DNA of 32,000 nucleotides from Pyrococcus furiosus DSM 3638 (GTDB lineage Archaea; Methanobacteriota_B; Thermococci; Thermococcales; Thermococcaceae): NCBI RefSeq assembly GCF_000007305.1, contig NC_003413.1, positions 707,318 to 739,317 of the forward strand, read 5' to 3'. Shown piece by piece: positions 27,281 to 32,000 of this stretch (position 1 is its first letter; each line of letters starts with the position of its first letter). The notes under the pieces were generated by a model. It saw only the letters and a program-made list of their open reading frames with translations, ran no database searches and was not told where the DNA came from. The position numbers and the translations under genes were made by a program.

Positions 27281-28022
27281 ATGAAAAAGACCATCTTGAT
27301 ATTATTTGGTCTGTTAAGTATGGGTGGAGGAGTTTTAGCTGAACCCATAAACGAATTTACGGGATTGACGACCCTTTCCGTAATAGCACTTGGAATTCTG
27401 AATGCATTAAGGCCCTCTATTTTTCTGATGATTGTGTTTCTCCTCTCGATGATAGCCCTGATCGACAAAAATAAGGTTCTCAAAGTTGGACTTTCGTTTA
27501 CTGCGGGAGCTTTTTCTGGGATATACCATAATAGCCTCCGTCTTGATGAACCTCCACGGAAAATTTATCGGCTTAAGGTACTTTGTTGTGGCATTTGGGA
27601 TCTTAGTTGGAGCCTACAAAATAGCATCATCTCTGGAATACGTAAAAATATTCCCAAGCAACCCCCTGAGGGAGAAAAGCAACAGAATTCTTGAGAGGGC
27701 CACATCACCACCGAGTGCTTTTTTAGTGGGTGGCATAATGTCTTTTCTCTCTCTTTCGTGTGTTCTTCCCTCGTACCTGCTTGTAACCTCTTTGTTATCT
27801 GATGGATTCCCCTTAGGCACTAGGGCAGTACTCTTGGGAACGTTCATTGGGATTTCAATGCTTCCCTCGGCATTAGTTACGTTGGGGTTCCACTCTAGAA
27901 GCAGATATGCAAAGCTCGGCGAAGCTGTCAACAAACTCTCAAAAATGAGTGGAAGAGGGGACTTAGCCATGGGCATGGTGCTCGTGTTCGTGAGCATCCT
28001 TTACCTTCTGTTCCTTGGGTAG
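27281..28022 (+). CDS. CcdA-like polytopic membrane protein, single frameshift
   Basis: MKKTILILFGLLSMGGGVLAEPINEF...VGLSFTAGAF / LGYTIIASVLMNLHGKFIGLRYFVVAFGILVGAYKI...; removing one T at T5 (27512-27516) merges both frames. Confidence 0.65.
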
Positions 28023-28583
28023 TTTAACTTTCTCTAAATTTTCCCTTGCCTTCTTGAACTCTCTAAAGCAAGTTGGACAGCAGAAGAAGTAGACTTTGTT
28101 ATGGTACTTGTAAACTATAGGTTCTCCAACGATTTCCTTTCCGCAGTAGTCGCACTTGAAGGGCACCTTTATTTTTGGTTTGAGCTTCTTTTCTCTGGTC
28201 TCAAGGATTGGCATTATCTCAATGACCTCCACACCAGTACCCTCAATAACCCGCCTGAAGTCTTCCATATTTTCCACAGCGACTTTTATGAGGTACTTCG
28301 TGCTTGTAAAGCGGTTTATCTCGATTATCTCCTCGAACTCATCCATCTTCTCTGGGTTCTCCGTTTTGACAACTAGAGCAACTACATTGTGAGCCCTCTG
28401 AAGTTCCGGGTTTAGCTTTATGGTGTAGCCTTGGATTATCCCTTCCTTTTCGAGCTTTTCTAGTCTAGATCTTATCGTAGGTCTGCTAACTCCGAGCCTA
28501 TCGGCCAGCTCAGATATACTTAGCCTTGCATCGTCCATTAAAAGGTATATGAGCTTTAGATCCAAATCATCTAACTTGGTCAT
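27963..28583 (-). CDS. Lrp/AsnC-type HTH regulator with TRASH metal-binding domain (CopR-like)
   Basis: LDDLDLKLIYLLMDDARLSISELADRLGVSRPTIRSRLEKLEKEGII; C-terminal FKCDYCGKEIVGEPIVYKYHNKVYFFCCPTCFREFKK; tail HEHEHHAHG. ATG at 28583 preferred. Confidence 0.88.
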   Translation of the reverse strand: MTKLDDLDLKLIYLLMDDARLSISELADRLGVSRPTIRSRLEKLEKEGIIQGYTIKLNPELQRAHNVVALVVKTENPEKMDEFEEIIEINRFTSTKYLIKVAVENMEDFRRVIEGTGVEVIEIMPILETREKKLKPKIKVPFKCDYCGKEIVGEPIVYKYHNKVYFFCCPTCFREFKKARENLEKVKLPKEQKVKDAHEHEHHAHG

Positions 28584-28614
28584 TCCAACACCCCCATTCC
28601 CTGGGAGTATTAGT

Positions 28615-28658
28615 TGCCAAAATATAAAAAACATTTGGTTAGTGTTTACATTTTGGCA
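28615..28658. promoter_or_regulatory. Inverted repeat in the divergent CopR-like/copA intergenic region
   Basis: TGCCAAAAT (28615-28623) and ATTTTGGCA (28650-28658), perfect 9-bp inverted arms, 26-nt spacer containing a TATA-like AATATAAAAAA. Confidence 0.55.
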
Positions 28659-28695
28659 TGAATAATACCCATTAAGTTTCGTCACAAAGTAAATA

Positions 28696-31107
28696 TTGGT
28701 GACGAAAGTGAAGATCACTCTTAAAGTTAATGGTATGACATGTGCAATGTGCGTTAAAACCATAGAGATGGCTTTAACTGAATTGGAGGGGGTTAAAGTT
28801 GCAAAGGCAAATCTAAACAATGAGACCGTCTTTGTTGACTTTGATGAGTCAAAAGTTAGCCTAAATCAGATCATCAAAGCCATCGAAGATGTGGGCTACG
28901 AGGTGATAAGGGAGCGCAGGGATGCTGTGATAAAGATAGGTGGTATGACATGTGCAATGTGCGTTAAAACCATTGAAAATGCGATAAAGGAGCTCCCTGG
29001 GGTTATGGAGGTAAGCGTAAACCTTGCAACTGAAAGCGCAAGAGTCTCTTACAATCCGTCCATTTTAACAATCGAAGACATCAAAAAAGCCATTGAGAGC
29101 GTTGGTTACGAGTTTTTGGGTGTAGAAGGAGAAGAGAGTCACGACATAGAAAAAGAGGTAAGGGAAAAGCACATAAGGGAGATGAAGCGCAACCTTTTAG
29201 TAGCTTGGAGTGTTGGGATACCTCTGTTTATTTCTATGCAACTAAAGAGGTTTGGATTCCACATTGAAAATCTTATCTATGTCCAGTTTCTTCTTGCGAC
29301 AATAGCGATAGCCTACGCTGGTAGGGGAATTTTCAAAAAGGCTTATTCATCGCTTAGACATAAGACGCTCAACATGGAGGTCATGTACTCTTTGGGCATA
29401 GGTTCCGCTTATCTGACGAGCGTTCTGGCTACATTTGGGATAATTCCAAGGGAGTTTAACTTTTATGAGGCCAGTGTTCTTCTCATGGCGTTTCTTCTCT
29501 TGGGTCGTTACCTTGAAGCGAAAGCAAAGGGGAGAACAAGCGAGGCAATAAAGAAACTCATTGGTCTTCAGGCAAAGAGAGCTACCATTGTAAGAGATGG
29601 AAAGGAAATCGAGGTTCCAATCAGTGAAGTTAAAGTTGGAGATATAGTTATCGTAAAGCCGGGTGAGAGGATTCCGGTGGATGGAGTGGTTATTGAAGGG
29701 GAAAGTTATGTTGACGAATCCATGCTCACAGGCGAACCCATTCCCAACCTAAAGAAGAAGGGAGACAAAGTTATTGGGGGAACTATAAACAAGAACTCTG
29801 TCCTAAAGATTAAAGCGGAAAAAGTTGGAAGGGATACACTCCTCGCCCAGATAATAAAACTTGTTGAAGAGGCCCAAAACACAAAGCCCCCCGTGCAGAG
29901 ATTTGCTGATACTGTGGTTACTTATTTTATACCTACTGTCCTTGCTGTGTCTCTCCTCTCCTTTGCATACTGGTACTTCATAGCTGATAAACCATTGGTG
30001 TTCGCCTTCACTACTCTACTCAGCGTTCTTGTCATAGCCTGTCCGTGTGCCTTTGGTTTAGCAACTCCAACAGCTTTGACGGTAGGCATTGGGAAGGGAG
30101 CTGAGCTCGGAATACTAATCAAAAACGGTGAGGCGTTGGAGATAGCTAAAAATGCCACAGTTGTCCTCTTTGATAAAACCGGAACACTTACAAAAGGAAA
30201 GCCAGAGGTTACGGATGTGATATCGTTGGATATAGATGAAAAAGAGCTATTATCATTAGCTGCATCTGCAGAAAAGCGTTCTGAGCATCCTCTTGGCGAA
30301 GCAATCGTAAGAAAGGCAGAAGAGCTTGGAATTGAGATAGAAGAACCCGAGAAGTTTAAAGTATTGCCTGGAAGGGGAGTTGAGGCCAGAGTCAGGGGAA
30401 AGGAAGTCGTTGTTGGTAACAAAAAGCTCATTGCTGAAAAAGGTATCAGTCTTGAGGGGGTTAAAAATATTATCCATAGGCTAGAGAATGAAGCCAAGAC
30501 GGTAGTTATAGTAGTAGTGGATGGGAAGATAGTGGGAATTATCGGCATAGCAGACACGCTCAAAGAAGGAGCTAGAGAAGCTATTGAAGAGCTCCACCGA
30601 ATGGGAAAGAAGGTAGGAATAATAACGGGAGACAACAAACGGACAGCAGAAGCGATAGGGAAGATTTTGGGAGTTGACTACATACTTGCTGAGGTTTTAC
30701 CAGGGGATAAAGCTAATGAAGTTAGAAAGCTTCAGGAAAAGGGAGAAATCGTGATATTTGTGGGTGATGGGATAAATGATGCACCTGCTTTAGCTCAGGC
30801 AGATGTTGGTATAGCAGTAGGGAATGCAACTGATATAGCGATGGAGAGCGGGGACATAGTGCTAATTAGAAATGATCCAAGAGACGTTGTTAGAGCAATA
30901 AGGCTTAGTCAGAAGACATTATCAAAAATAAAGCAAAATATATTCTGGGCGATGTTTTACAACACACTATTAATTCCCTTTGCTGCAGGACTTTCTTACA
31001 AGATCTTTGGTGTTACTTTTCAGCCTGAATGGGCTGCTGGCGCCATGAGCTTAAGCAGTGTAAGCGTTGTCACAAATTCCCTTCTACTTAAACGGGTTAG
31101 AATTTAA
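28696..31107 (+). CDS. copA: Copper-translocating P1B-type ATPase with two N-terminal HMA domains
   Basis: Two [12 protein letters not shown] motifs, [49 protein letters not shown]. Confidence 0.95.
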   Translation: MVTKVKITLKVNGMTCAMCVKTIEMALTELEGVKVAKANLNNETVFVDFDESKVSLNQIIKAIEDVGYEVIRERRDAVIKIGGMTCAMCVKTIENAIKELPGVMEVSVNLATESARVSYNPSILTIEDIKKAIESVGYEFLGVEGEESHDIEKEVREKHIREMKRNLLVAWSVGIPLFISMQLKRFGFHIENLIYVQFLLATIAIAYAGRGIFKKAYSSLRHKTLNMEVMYSLGIGSAYLTSVLATFGIIPREFNFYEASVLLMAFLLLGRYLEAKAKGRTSEAIKKLIGLQAKRATIVRDGKEIEVPISEVKVGDIVIVKPGERIPVDGVVIEGESYVDESMLTGEPIPNLKKKGDKVIGGTINKNSVLKIKAEKVGRDTLLAQIIKLVEEAQNTKPPVQRFADTVVTYFIPTVLAVSLLSFAYWYFIADKPLVFAFTTLLSVLVIACPCAFGLATPTALTVGIGKGAELGILIKNGEALEIAKNATVVLFDKTGTLTKGKPEVTDVISLDIDEKELLSLAASAEKRSEHPLGEAIVRKAEELGIEIEEPEKFKVLPGRGVEARVRGKEVVVGNKKLIAEKGISLEGVKNIIHRLENEAKTVVIVVVDGKIVGIIGIADTLKEGAREAIEELHRMGKKVGIITGDNKRTAEAIGKILGVDYILAEVLPGDKANEVRKLQEKGEIVIFVGDGINDAPALAQADVGIAVGNATDIAMESGDIVLIRNDPRDVVRAIRLSQKTLSKIKQNIFWAMFYNTLLIPFAAGLSYKIFGVTFQPEWAAGAMSLSSVSVVTNSLLLKRVRI

Positions 31108-31122
31108 AGGAGGTGAAAGGAG

Positions 31123-31425
31123 ATGATAATTGAATATGATGGAGAGATAGATTTTACAAAGGGAAGAGTTGTGCTGTGGTTTTCTATCCCAGGTTGCCCT
31201 CCATGCAGGTTAGTTGAGAGGTTTATGACGGAGTTAAGTGAGTACTTTGAGGACATTCAAATTGTTCATATAAATGCAGGGAAATGGAAAAACATTGTTG
31301 ATAAGTTTAACATTCTAAATGTTCCTACTCTAGTTTATCTCAAAGATGGAAGGGAAGTTGGAAGGCAGAATCTTATAAGAAGTAAGGAAGAAATTCTAAA
31401 AAAGCTTAAGGAACTCCAGGAGTAG
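31123..31425 (+). CDS. Thioredoxin family protein
   Basis: LWFSIPGCPPCRLVERFM active site and FNILNVPTLVYLKDGREVGRQ. Confidence 0.88.
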   Translation: MIIEYDGEIDFTKGRVVLWFSIPGCPPCRLVERFMTELSEYFEDIQIVHINAGKWKNIVDKFNILNVPTLVYLKDGREVGRQNLIRSKEEILKKLKELQE

Positions 31426-31513
31426 TATTTAGCAATTCACTGTAGCTCCTGGATCTAAAGTAAAGTTACGACAATAAACCAAACATTAAAATACACAAAT
31501 TGGGAAGAATTAA

Positions 31514-32000
<487 letters not shown>

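Noticed and set aside
28101-28392. Plus-strand ORFs antisense to the TRASH regulator
   Set aside because: Antisense shadows of a well-supported coding gene.

Overview
This is a Thermococcales-like archaeal chromosome segment with densely packed genes, GGTGAT-type ribosome binding sites and a CGP-CTERM-like tail. It is rich in redox, metal and stress genes. The three most interesting loci are: (1) about 19.8-25.3 kb on the minus strand, a candidate RiPP or circular-bacteriocin-like operon with a tiny Ala-rich, Cys-free peptide, a radical SAM/SPASM-like protein with an unrecognised N-terminal domain, a multi-TM permease, an ABC ATPase and a second ABC pair; (2) about 10.7-12.4 kb, a heliorhodopsin-like gene keeping the TM7 Schiff-base Lys and TM3 Glu, followed by a truncated NTF2/SnoaL-like gene, a membrane protein fragment and a degraded pyrimidine-dimer DNA glycosylase, close to flavin reductase and peroxiredoxin genes; (3) about 16.4-19.8 kb, a fused HgcA-HgcB-like corrinoid/ferredoxin protein directly behind a SAM methyltransferase. 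A copper homeostasis block (His/Met-rich protein, CcdA-like membrane protein, TRASH/Lrp regulator, CopA, thioredoxin) occupies 26.8-31.4 kb. Many genes are interrupted by single-base indels, often at homopolymers. Some of this is probably sequencing or assembly error, but in-frame nonsense codons and truncations suggest some real decay. All product names come from reading motifs; no database search was run.
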